Of a stretch of 64,000 nucleotides of DNA, positions 18,425-26,707 are shown one piece after another. Each line of letters starts with the position of its first letter. Position 1 is the first letter of the stretch. Under the pieces are notes generated by a model that was given only the letters and a program-made list of their open reading frames with translations, searched no databases and was not told where the DNA came from. The position numbers and the translations under genes are program-made. This DNA is from a virus, in the IMG/VR virus record IMGVR_UViG_3300020204_000006, one strand, 5' to 3'.

Positions 18425-20360
18425 AAAAATAAAAGAATTATTATTAGAAATAAAAAAGAAGTGCAGTGATGCATCAAAAATAGAAATATGCACAAAAGAA
18501 TTAATGGATATGGATGAAACAGATTCTGTTTCTAAGGGGACTGTATTGGATGAATTTTATAAAGTTTGGAAAAACAAAAAAGATCAACTTGGTGTAAAAA
18601 ATGAAATAAATTCATGGTCAGCATATTACTTGGATATTACTTCTGTAAAACCAAAAGAAAACAATATTTTTTTGCCATCAAGGCGCATATTTGCTAGAGC
18701 TGGATTTCCTGATATAGATGCCGATTTTGAATTTGAAAAAAGACAACAAGTTTACGATTATTTAATAAATAAGTACGGTAGAGAAAGAGTTGGCAATATA
18801 GGGACATATGGAACATTAAAATTAAAATCATACGTTACTAGGGTGGTTAAGGCCCTAGACTTGGCAAATAGTTTTCATAAAGGCAAAGATTCATACGTTA
18901 AAGAAAATAACATTTTAGTAAGAAAAATTATAGACTCTCTTCCTGAGCAAAAAGGAGCCTTTTTAAAGGTATGGGACGAAGATGGAGATGAGCACGTCAT
19001 TAAGAGTCTTCAGGATGCATATGACCATTGCCACTCTTTTAAGTCTTATTTAGATGAATTCCCAGATATAAAAGTGCATGCTGATGCTATAGAGGGTTTA
19101 TCTAGTAATTTTGGTGTTCACGCTGCTGGTGTAGTTATAAGCGATGATCCCTTAAAGACAATAGCTCCTTTGAGATCGACATCTGGTGGCTCCTCCGGTA
19201 AATCAGTTGATTATGCCACTCAATTTCCATATGAAGATTTGGAATATCTTGGTCTAATAAAATTTGACATACTTGCGCTTAGCACCTTATCAGTAATATC
19301 AAAAACTGTTAAATTAATTAAAGAAAGAAATTCTATTGACTTGGATATGGAAAATCTTAATTTAAATGATGAAAGAACTTTTGAGCTTTATAGATCTGGT
19401 AATTTAATAGGTGTTTTCCAGTGTGAAGAAAAAGGCATGCAGAAAACGATGATGGAAATGAGAGTTGACAGATTTGAAGATATATGTGCAGGTATAGCCT
19501 TGTTTAGGCCTGGTCCCATGGCTTCAATTCCAAAGTATTGTTCAAGAAAAAAGGGTAAGGAAAAAATAGAATATTTTCATCCTTCAATTGAGCCTTTTGT
19601 TAAAGACATTCTGGAGCCAACATATGGTGTTCTCTGTTATCAAGAGAGCATTATGCAGCTTTGCAATAAGCTTGCTGGTCTTTCAATAAGCGATGGATAT
19701 GTTATAATAAAAGCAGTAGGTAAAAAGAAAGAAGATTTACTCAAGAGGTACAGGTCAAAATTTGTACATGGTTGTGTTAAAAATGGTATAAAAGAAAAAA
19801 TTGCAGGTGATTATTGGGAAAAATTTATTATGCCCTTTGCTGCTTATGGTTTTAATAAGTCTCACTCATTTTGTTATGGTTTATTAAGTTATCAAACTGC
19901 CTATTTAAAAGCAAATTTTCCACATGAATTTATTCTTAGCTATTTGAATGTAGAACTTGGGCAAAAGAAATGGGAGAGAATAGAAATTTTAGAAAAAGAG
20001 TGTCAAAGAATGGGTATTAAAATTTCTTCTAGAAACATAAATGTATCAAAAGAAGAATATTCAATGAGAATGAAAAAGGATTTAAGCGGAGAAATTTGTC
20101 TTTTTGTTCCTCCATTATATTGCAAGGGTATAACTGCTGAGGCGGTCTATGATATTTGCAGAAACCAGCCTTTTAAAGATTTGAAAGATTTTGCTTTCAA
20201 GACATCTAAGTCTAGTGTCGATATAGAAAGTCTTCAAGCTCTTGTTGACAATGGGTATTTCCCGGGCGTAGAAGACGTGGTTTCAAAATTTGAAAATTAT
20301 AGAGAGTATTTTATTAAATCTAAAAAAAGAGGAGTCAGCGGATTAGATCTTTTTGGCTGA
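18417..20360 (+). CDS. dnaE: DNA polymerase III alpha, C-terminal part (catalytic palm, fingers, HhH)
   Basis: FPDIDADF, GVHAAGVVIS, LIKFDILAL, GVFQ, ALFRPGP, YQE, YGFNKSH, YLKANFP. Ends after the HhH-like region. Confidence 0.92.
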   Translation: MNEKIKELLLEIKKKCSDASKIEICTKELMDMDETDSVSKGTVLDEFYKVWKNKKDQLGVKNEINSWSAYYLDITSVKPKENNIFLPSRRIFARAGFPDIDADFEFEKRQQVYDYLINKYGRERVGNIGTYGTLKLKSYVTRVVKALDLANSFHKGKDSYVKENNILVRKIIDSLPEQKGAFLKVWDEDGDEHVIKSLQDAYDHCHSFKSYLDEFPDIKVHADAIEGLSSNFGVHAAGVVISDDPLKTIAPLRSTSGGSSGKSVDYATQFPYEDLEYLGLIKFDILALSTLSVISKTVKLIKERNSIDLDMENLNLNDERTFELYRSGNLIGVFQCEEKGMQKTMMEMRVDRFEDICAGIALFRPGPMASIPKYCSRKKGKEKIEYFHPSIEPFVKDILEPTYGVLCYQESIMQLCNKLAGLSISDGYVIIKAVGKKKEDLLKRYRSKFVHGCVKNGIKEKIAGDYWEKFIMPFAAYGFNKSHSFCYGLLSYQTAYLKANFPHEFILSYLNVELGQKKWERIEILEKECQRMGIKISSRNINVSKEEYSMRMKKDLSGEICLFVPPLYCKGITAEAVYDICRNQPFKDLKDFAFKTSKSSVDIESLQALVDNGYFPGVEDVVSKFENYREYFIKSKKRGVSGLDLFG

Positions 20361-20661
20361 AAAACTTATGAATATAAAAACAAATCTATCTTTAGAAAGA
20401 AAAATATCTACTGGTCAATATGAAAATATAACAATTAGAATGGAAATGGATTCGGATATATCATCCGATCACATAGATGAGTTTAATAACAAATTTGATT
20501 TGTTCAGGGCTCAATTCTTAAATAAATTTTCAGAAACTCAGGTAAAAGTTATAGAGGAGCTTTCTATACAGGAAAAAGTTGCTTTTTTTAATTCTCCCAA
20601 CAATTCAAATAAGACTTTTAAATTAAATGAAATGGATCTAAAGGAGGTGTTAGGTGATTGA
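20353..20661 (+). CDS. Hypothetical protein
   Basis: TTG 20353 or ATG 20368; ISTGQYENITI segment; coupled to neighbours. Confidence 0.55.
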   Translation: MAEKLMNIKTNLSLERKISTGQYENITIRMEMDSDISSDHIDEFNNKFDLFRAQFLNKFSETQVKVIEELSIQEKVAFFNSPNNSNKTFKLNEMDLKEVLGD

Positions 20662-21688
20662 CAATAAGGAACTTGAAGAAATTTTCGGTATACCGCAAGA
20701 TGGATCAAATATATCAGAAGAGTCTCATGACTCTGCGTATATAGATGTATGTGGCTCTAGGAGTAACAATTCTTTTGATGATGAATTGTTGAAATTACAA
20801 AAAGACATGGAGCAAAAAAATGTCAAACCTTCAGCGAATGAAAATGTTTGTATCAGTAATGAGACAGAGTATGAAAAGCAAAATCAAAATGATATCAATA
20901 ACCATAGCGGGTTCGAAGGTAGTTCGGCTTGCGTCTCCGAATCCGATGATTTTTTGGGAGACAAAATTCTACAGCATGAAAATAAGAAGAAAATGGATGA
21001 TAGCGGGGAAAAAATTACAAATGCTTCAGTCTTTTCTGCCCAAAAGAAAAAAGAAAGATGGAAATTAGAAAATTCAGATTTGACTTTTGAAAAATTTTAC
21101 ACCTATAAAAGAGAGGCATTAAGTGATTGGTTACTAACCGGAGGTGCTATAGATTTTGATTTCATAAATAGTCAGCTTATAGAGTCAAGAGTTGATCTTT
21201 CAAATGTTAATTTTGCTGATTTTTCAACACTTTTTGATATATTAAAACAAATACAAAGATATAAAGATAATATTACACAGCTGGAACTTATTTGCAATAA
21301 TCAGTATTTTTGCTGGAAGCGTGCTATTGATCTCTTTCAGGGCGTATTGGCACAGTGTTATTATGAAAAACCAGCAGCAAAACAAGATGGTGTTGTGTAT
21401 GAGCATATGAATGATTTTGTTAGTTATTTTACAAAGATTGAATCTCTTCACCACAACATACAATCTGTAATTAAAAATTTAGATCAAGCTTTTGATACTG
21501 TATCTAGACAAATAACTCTTTCTATGCCTTCTAGGGATTACGAATCCGTAGAAAATAGGACAAACAAAAATATTTCTGTTGGTACAGAAAAAAATGATAT
21601 AAACAAAATAAACATTAACAGACAGCCGGTTCGTAATTCTGTCGATACTATTAAGACAGGAACTGTTGACTGGATCGTCTTCAAATAA
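20654..21688 (+). CDS. Hypothetical protein with acidic disordered N-half and coiled-coil C-half
   Basis: GTG start after GGAGG; helical C-half sits directly upstream of SSB and RecA. Confidence 0.6.
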   Translation: MIDNKELEEIFGIPQDGSNISEESHDSAYIDVCGSRSNNSFDDELLKLQKDMEQKNVKPSANENVCISNETEYEKQNQNDINNHSGFEGSSACVSESDDFLGDKILQHENKKKMDDSGEKITNASVFSAQKKKERWKLENSDLTFEKFYTYKREALSDWLLTGGAIDFDFINSQLIESRVDLSNVNFADFSTLFDILKQIQRYKDNITQLELICNNQYFCWKRAIDLFQGVLAQCYYEKPAAKQDGVVYEHMNDFVSYFTKIESLHHNIQSVIKNLDQAFDTVSRQITLSMPSRDYESVENRTNKNISVGTEKNDINKININRQPVRNSVDTIKTGTVDWIVFK

Positions 21689-21705
21689 AAAGAAAGGAAG
21701 CACAT

Positions 21706-22371
21706 ATGGGTTTAGTTGATTGGACATCTTTGAGCGGGAAAAAAGAGGGAAATGGTGTTAAGTATTTAAAGCTAGAGCCAGGTAAGACCTATAGGGTCAG
21801 ACCTGTAATGAAGCCGCATATAATTTGGAAGTATTATCTTGAGCGTCCAAATGGCGGATTTGGAAAGGCAATAACAGAGGATCCTAATAACTGTGTTATA
21901 GTAAAGAAGTATAACGAAAAGCCCAAGCAGAGATTTGCTGTCAATGTAATTGATAGGGCTGATGGTCAATTGAAGGTTCTTGAGGGACCAATAAGCATTC
22001 TTAAGCAGATAGGAACCTGGGCTTCAGAAACAAATGTAGATCCTGGGTCAAATCAGGGTGGAGAGTTTGCCATAAGAGTTGAATGCCCAGGAAATGACAG
22101 GAAAAAGACTAGATATCTTGTTCAATTTATTAATTATGCGCAGTTCACTGATTCAGAAAAGAAGATGTTAAGGGAAAATATTTACAATTTAGCTGAAGTT
22201 TTCAAGCCAGCTCCTCAGGACAAGATTGAATCTTGGCTTTTCGGTGAGGAAAACTCTGGATCTTCTGAGTCCTCTGATTCTGATTCAGAGGAAGATGTTG
22301 TTCAGAAGTCTCCAGTCAAGCATGGCAAGTCTAAGTCAACAGACAGTCTTAACGAAGACTTGGATTGGTGA
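21706..22371 (+). CDS. Phage single-stranded DNA-binding protein (T4 gp32-like)
   Basis: YLKLEPGKTYRVRP, RFAVNVIDR, DP...G.EF.I, KTRY, acidic tail ending EDLDW; AAGGA upstream. Confidence 0.75.
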   Translation: MGLVDWTSLSGKKEGNGVKYLKLEPGKTYRVRPVMKPHIIWKYYLERPNGGFGKAITEDPNNCVIVKKYNEKPKQRFAVNVIDRADGQLKVLEGPISILKQIGTWASETNVDPGSNQGGEFAIRVECPGNDRKKTRYLVQFINYAQFTDSEKKMLRENIYNLAEVFKPAPQDKIESWLFGEENSGSSESSDSDSEEDVVQKSPVKHGKSKSTDSLNEDLDW

Positions 22372-22383
22372 TTGGAGTAATTA

Positions 22384-23580
22384 ATGAAATCAAAAAATAT
22401 AGGTCTAGAAAATCTTAAGGGATTTAAAATTGGTGCTGATTCAGATGTTAAGGATCTAATTCCTTCTGGTCACGCCGAATTAGATCACGCTATTAGTTCT
22501 GGTATAGTTCAAGGAACCTCCAAATTTAAATTTGGAGGTTTTCCACTTGGAAGAGTTATACTTTTTTATGGAAATGAAGGTAGCGGAAAAAGTTCTCTTG
22601 CATACAGATTGGTTGGTAGTGCTCAAAGAATGAATTACAGGTGTGCGTGGATTGACACAGAGCATTCTTTTAGTGATCAGCTTGCTCTTGTTAATGGTGT
22701 TGATAAGTCTGTTCTTTATTACAATAATTTGATTAATGAGGAAAATCCAGATGAAATAGCAACAGCAGAGAATGTAATGGATACCATGATATCTGCTTGC
22801 TCTAGTGGTCAAATTAATGTTATAGTTCTTGATTCTATAGCTAATCTTGTGCCATATCGTGTTATGGAAAATGGTGCAGACAAGGAAACGGTCGCTGAGC
22901 TTGCTAGAGTTCTTTCTAGAACGATGGGAAAGCTTCTTAGTTATGCGGCAAGCAATAATGTTCTTGTAATACTTATAAATCAACTTAGAGAAAAGGTTGG
23001 TGTGATGTTTGGCAGTCCAGACACTATGCCTGGTGGCAAGGCTCTTAAACATGCTTGTTCTTGCATATTGAAGGTTACCAAACTTGAAAGTTCTTCTCAC
23101 TGTATTTCTATACAGGATGATGGTGGCACAGAAAGAATAATTGGCAAATATTCAAGTGTTATAATTGAAAAGAACAGATTTGCTAAGCCGCATTTTGGAT
23201 CTATGAAAGTTCCAATATACTATGAGCCATACTTTCCTAATATAGAAGATGTTTGCTTTAATTCTGGAAGAGATCTTAAGATAATTAAGGTTCGTAATAA
23301 TGTATATTCTTGGAAGAATCTTAAATCTGAGGGCAGATCTTCTTTTGTTGAAATGATTAAAAATCCAGAAGTTATCGATGAGTTAGTTTCATCAATAAAA
23401 GATGAAGCAAAAAAGCAATCTATGAGTTTGCCTATAGAGATTATCAATTTTGATATATCTGATTATAAAAAGAACTCTAAAAAGTTTGTTAATAAAAAAC
23501 CTGTATCAGATGAAAAAGAAGAAATAAAAAATGAAGTCTCTGAAGAAGTAGAAGATTTTGATATAGATTCAAATGAATAA
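22384..23580 (+). CDS. recA: RecA recombinase
   Basis: IPSG...LD.AI, GGFPLGRV, GNEGSGKS, WIDTEH, VLDSIA, INQLREKVGVMFGSPDTMPGGKALK, EKNR. Confidence 0.93.
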   Translation: MKSKNIGLENLKGFKIGADSDVKDLIPSGHAELDHAISSGIVQGTSKFKFGGFPLGRVILFYGNEGSGKSSLAYRLVGSAQRMNYRCAWIDTEHSFSDQLALVNGVDKSVLYYNNLINEENPDEIATAENVMDTMISACSSGQINVIVLDSIANLVPYRVMENGADKETVAELARVLSRTMGKLLSYAASNNVLVILINQLREKVGVMFGSPDTMPGGKALKHACSCILKVTKLESSSHCISIQDDGGTERIIGKYSSVIIEKNRFAKPHFGSMKVPIYYEPYFPNIEDVCFNSGRDLKIIKVRNNVYSWKNLKSEGRSSFVEMIKNPEVIDELVSSIKDEAKKQSMSLPIEIINFDISDYKKNSKKFVNKKPVSDEKEEIKNEVSEEVEDFDIDSNE

Positions 23581-24313
23581 TTTTTCTAGTGTAGAAAGAA
23601 GTAAAATATTTAATCTCTCTCAAGAGTCCCTTCACGAAGATAGTGAGGGGGCTTTTTCTTGTAGAGAATATTTAAAGTCTAGAGGGGTATCAAAGCAGTG
23701 TGCACATGACTTCTGTCTTGGCTATGTACCAGAAAGAGTCGGCCACTATCTTTCAGACAGGCTAATACTTCCTCTTAAATATGCCAATGGAGAGCTTGCG
23801 TACTTGACTTCTAGAAAGTTTAGAGATGCTTCACTTAATAGAGGGCATTGGCATGAAAGCTTTGATAAAAGTTTGTTTTTATTTTCTCATCCAAATTCTT
23901 TTTTGACTTCTTTTGAAAAAAAATATTCCATAGTTGTTGAGGGTCAATTTGATTGCATGTCTGTATCATCTGTTGGCTTTCAAAATACTTATTCCATATT
24001 GGGTTCTAATTTTTCTAAAAAACAATTACTTCTGCTTTTCGGAATATCTAAAAACATAATACTTTTTTTTGATAATGACGAAGCTGGTGAGGCTGCAAAT
24101 AAAAAGGTTTTTGATATATTTTTTAAAGAGAAGATGTTTAAAAAAGGTTATAGTTTAGCAAAATGGCCAAAATATCCTGAAAAAGATCCAGATGATTTGT
24201 GTCGATCAAGAGGTAGAGAAAACTCTATTAAATACATTAGTGGAGTAGTTGATAAAATACTAGGAGAAATCAATGTCAGAAGAAATAACGAAACAGGTAT
24301 ATTCGATTTCTAA
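23573..24313 (+). CDS. dnaG: DNA primase catalytic core (TOPRIM) without zinc-binding domain
   Basis: YLKSRG...LGY, RLILP, IVVEGQFD, LGSNF, FFDNDEAG, KDPDD. Confidence 0.88.
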   Translation: MNNFSSVERSKIFNLSQESLHEDSEGAFSCREYLKSRGVSKQCAHDFCLGYVPERVGHYLSDRLILPLKYANGELAYLTSRKFRDASLNRGHWHESFDKSLFLFSHPNSFLTSFEKKYSIVVEGQFDCMSVSSVGFQNTYSILGSNFSKKQLLLLFGISKNIILFFDNDEAGEAANKKVFDIFFKEKMFKKGYSLAKWPKYPEKDPDDLCRSRGRENSIKYISGVVDKILGEINVRRNNETGIFDF

Positions 24314-25223
24314 AATCGTAGATGAGTTTTTTCAATTTAAAAATGCAAGTTCTTCTAGCGATAGAAGCTATTCTGTTTATCATCCAAGTGCATTTGGTAA
24401 GTGCCTTAGAAAGATGCAATATCAAAGATATGCATCGGATGGCATAATAGAAAAACCTCAAATCCAAGACCCAGAATCTAAAATGATTCGCATATGGGAT
24501 ACTGGACATTCTTTGCATGCTAGATGGGCCAAGTACATGGAGGATCTTGGCATACTTCGTGGCGTTTGGATATGTTCTAATCCTACATGCAAGTTAAAGT
24601 ATGGAGAAGACGACAAGATTGGCATATTTAAGCCTTCTTCTTGTAAATCCTGTGGTTGCAATTGCTTTAACTATGAAGAAATAACTCTTAAGGATCGTTC
24701 TTTAAATTTTTATGGTCATTGTGATCAGATATTAGATTTTTCAAATTTAAGTTCAAAATTTTTAAGCTGGGTTGAAAACAAATGGGGTTCTCAGATATTT
24801 TCAAATAATATACCTAGCAAGCCAATTGTTGTTGACATGAAAAGCATAAACAAAGCACAATGGGCCAAAATTCAAAATGAAGCTCATTTCTACTATGTTA
24901 TTCAAATAACCATATACATACATATGCTTAATCTTGATTATGGACTTATAATTTATGAGAAAAAAGATGATTCTGAAATTAAAATTTTTAAAGTTTTAAG
25001 AAATGATGATTTATGGAACGCTATTAAAAAACAGGCTGACATTATGAATAAAATGTTTGAAAAGAAAAGTTTGCCTCCACCAAGACCTGATTCAAAAGGT
25101 TCTTTTGAGTGTAGGTTTTGCGAGTTTTCTTCCACGTGTCATAATTCTGGTATTTGGGATGTCGATAACCTAAATGAGCTTCGTAGTAAGTTCTATAATT
25201 TTGATAATGAATATGGAGATTAA
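24273..25223 (+). CDS. Cas4/AddB-like PD-(D/E)xK exonuclease with Fe-S cysteines
   Basis: HPSAFGKC.RK, GHCD, VDMKS, QITIY, CRFCEFSSTC (1+3 Cys); extra CSNPTC...CKSC insertion. Confidence 0.75.
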   Translation: MSEEITKQVYSISKIVDEFFQFKNASSSSDRSYSVYHPSAFGKCLRKMQYQRYASDGIIEKPQIQDPESKMIRIWDTGHSLHARWAKYMEDLGILRGVWICSNPTCKLKYGEDDKIGIFKPSSCKSCGCNCFNYEEITLKDRSLNFYGHCDQILDFSNLSSKFLSWVENKWGSQIFSNNIPSKPIVVDMKSINKAQWAKIQNEAHFYYVIQITIYIHMLNLDYGLIIYEKKDDSEIKIFKVLRNDDLWNAIKKQADIMNKMFEKKSLPPPRPDSKGSFECRFCEFSSTCHNSGIWDVDNLNELRSKFYNFDNEYGD

Positions 25224-25225
25224 AA

Positions 25226-25564
25226 ATGGAAAACACAGAACAGAAGAAGGGTAATTTGTTGAAGGTAAGAGGAGAGCAGGATGGTTCTAACGGTGGAATA
25301 TCAAATAGAGCATATATTAAAAAGGTTGCCTCTGCTATACTTACCGTTCTAGATAAATTTGACGAAGTAAAGCTAAAGGCAGTTGGTGCAAGCTCTGTAA
25401 ATAATGCTGTGAAGGCATTTATAGTTGCCAAAAATATGTCTAGTAAAAAAAATAAGTCTAAAAAGATAGAGCTTGTCTGTACTGCTGATTTTGATATCGC
25501 TAAGTTTGATCAGTCTGAAAAGACTGCAATTGTATTTACTGTTTTTTCTGAAGAGGTTGAATGA
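25226..25564 (+). CDS. spoVS: SpoVS-family (Alba-like) protein
   Basis: LLKV...KKVASAI...V.LKAVGASSVNNAVKAFIVAK...ELVC...F...EKTAIVF aligns by eye along the length of SpoVS (VLKV...VAGAL...IQAIGAGALNQAVKAVAIAR...DLIC...EERTAI). Confidence 0.85.
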   Translation: MENTEQKKGNLLKVRGEQDGSNGGISNRAYIKKVASAILTVLDKFDEVKLKAVGASSVNNAVKAFIVAKNMSSKKNKSKKIELVCTADFDIAKFDQSEKTAIVFTVFSEEVE

Positions 25565-26094
25565 TGATTGATGATTTTATTGAAAACTCTCTTTCTTCAA
25601 TTAAATCTTTAAACACAGAGATAGAGGATATCTCTTCAAAAAAGAAAGAAATAGAAGAACGTCTTTCTTCTAAAAGAAAAGCTCTAGAAGAGATAAGAAA
25701 CAACATATTGATGCATATGAACCAGAATAGCGTAAAGTATTATTCAAATGGAGAATCTGAAGTGGTAGTAAAGAATTCTCCCAAAACATATGAAATACAG
25801 GATGAAAATAATTTAATAGAATATTTGAAATCCGTTGGCGAATACAAGAAGTGCTGCAAGGAAGAAATAAAGATAGATAAAAGGAAATTAAATCAAATTC
25901 TTGCAGACATGTCAAGCAGCGATAGTGTACCTTCTTGTATCAAAGTAGTTTCTGGTGAACCTTCACTTCAAATTAAAAGTGCAATTACTATTCAGTCTGA
26001 TTCAGGGTATGAAGAAAAGAATTTTTCAAAAAAATTAGCATCAAAATCAAATTCTAATCAGGATTTAGATATAGACTCTTTTGATTCTTTATAA
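25561..26094 (+). CDS. Siphovirus gp157/Gam-like coiled-coil protein
   Basis: Long N-terminal coiled coil, KNSPKTYEIQDE, KIDKRKL...L, C-terminal SLQIK. Confidence 0.55.
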   Translation: MMIDDFIENSLSSIKSLNTEIEDISSKKKEIEERLSSKRKALEEIRNNILMHMNQNSVKYYSNGESEVVVKNSPKTYEIQDENNLIEYLKSVGEYKKCCKEEIKIDKRKLNQILADMSSSDSVPSCIKVVSGEPSLQIKSAITIQSDSGYEEKNFSKKLASKSNSNQDLDIDSFDSL

Positions 26095-26095
26095 T

Positions 26096-26332
26096 ATGCA
26101 AAAGTCTTATAAAGTTAAATGCGTAGAATCAAAATATGATTCTGGAAATGATATGCTCGTATGGAAGCTTTATTTTTTAGAAAAAAGCGCAGAAAGAACT
26201 TTTGTATTTCCAGCTGATGATTTTAAAAAAGCAAGGAATATAAGTCACTCAGTTTCAGAAGAAGATTGGAATTATTTTTGTAGAGCCATAACTGGAAAAG
26301 AATTTAATTTCATTATGGAAGAGGAAAATTAA
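26096..26332 (+). CDS. Small hypothetical protein
   Basis: ATG 26096 two bases after upstream stop. Confidence 0.5.
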   Translation: MQKSYKVKCVESKYDSGNDMLVWKLYFLEKSAERTFVFPADDFKKARNISHSVSEEDWNYFCRAITGKEFNFIMEEEN

Positions 26333-26334
26333 AT

Positions 26335-26706
26335 TTGGATAAACTTATTAAAATAAGAATATTTGGCAGTAGTACTTGCGATCTTTGTAACAGATCAAAG
26401 ACAGAATTAAATTCTATGTCTATGGAATATGAATTTATTGATGCACTTTCAGATGAAAATCAAGATTTATGTGATCTTCATTCCGTAGAAAAATTACCTC
26501 ATATTCAAATGTATTTTGCAGATACTGGTAAAATTATAAGAGAGCACAGAGGGTATATAAGTCCAATAATTTTTATAAGTAATATTGTTAGTAAAAGTAG
26601 TAAAAAAGCAATTGTAAAAAATTATTTTAATAAAAAATGCAACGGATGTGGGAGCAAGAATATTAAAGATAACGAAATAAAACCAGATATGGACTTTTTA
26701 AACTAA
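26335..26706 (+). CDS. Glutaredoxin/thioredoxin-fold protein
   Basis: IFGSSTCDLC (CxxC) and KLPHI cis-Pro loop; extra C-terminal CNGC; TTG start after GAGG. Confidence 0.65.
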   Translation: MDKLIKIRIFGSSTCDLCNRSKTELNSMSMEYEFIDALSDENQDLCDLHSVEKLPHIQMYFADTGKIIREHRGYISPIIFISNIVSKSSKKAIVKNYFNKKCNGCGSKNIKDNEIKPDMDFLN

Positions 26707-26707
26707 T

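Noticed and set aside
18380-18720. Split intein, group I intron or programmed frameshift at the dnaE junction
   Set aside because: No intein N- or C-terminal motifs; the spacer is AT-rich ordinary coding sequence with no visible group I core. A +1 slip at GAT TTT TAT is formally possible, but would still leave about 110 extra residues inside the ERFL..PDID active-site loop.
20820-21068. Alternative-frame + strand ORFs (e.g. 20820-21068, 29336-29539, 53928-54140, 56733-56936)
   Set aside because: Fully nested in longer well-supported genes, with no motif and no evidence for overprinting.
22480-23100. 206-aa minus-strand ORF and the other minus-strand ORFs in the track
   Set aside because: All lie antisense to well-supported + strand genes (here recA), have no recognisable motifs and look like shadow frames.
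24273-25223. CRISPR-Cas locus implied by the Cas4-like gene
   Set aside because: No cas1, cas2, effector gene or repeat-spacer array in the window; context is recombination.
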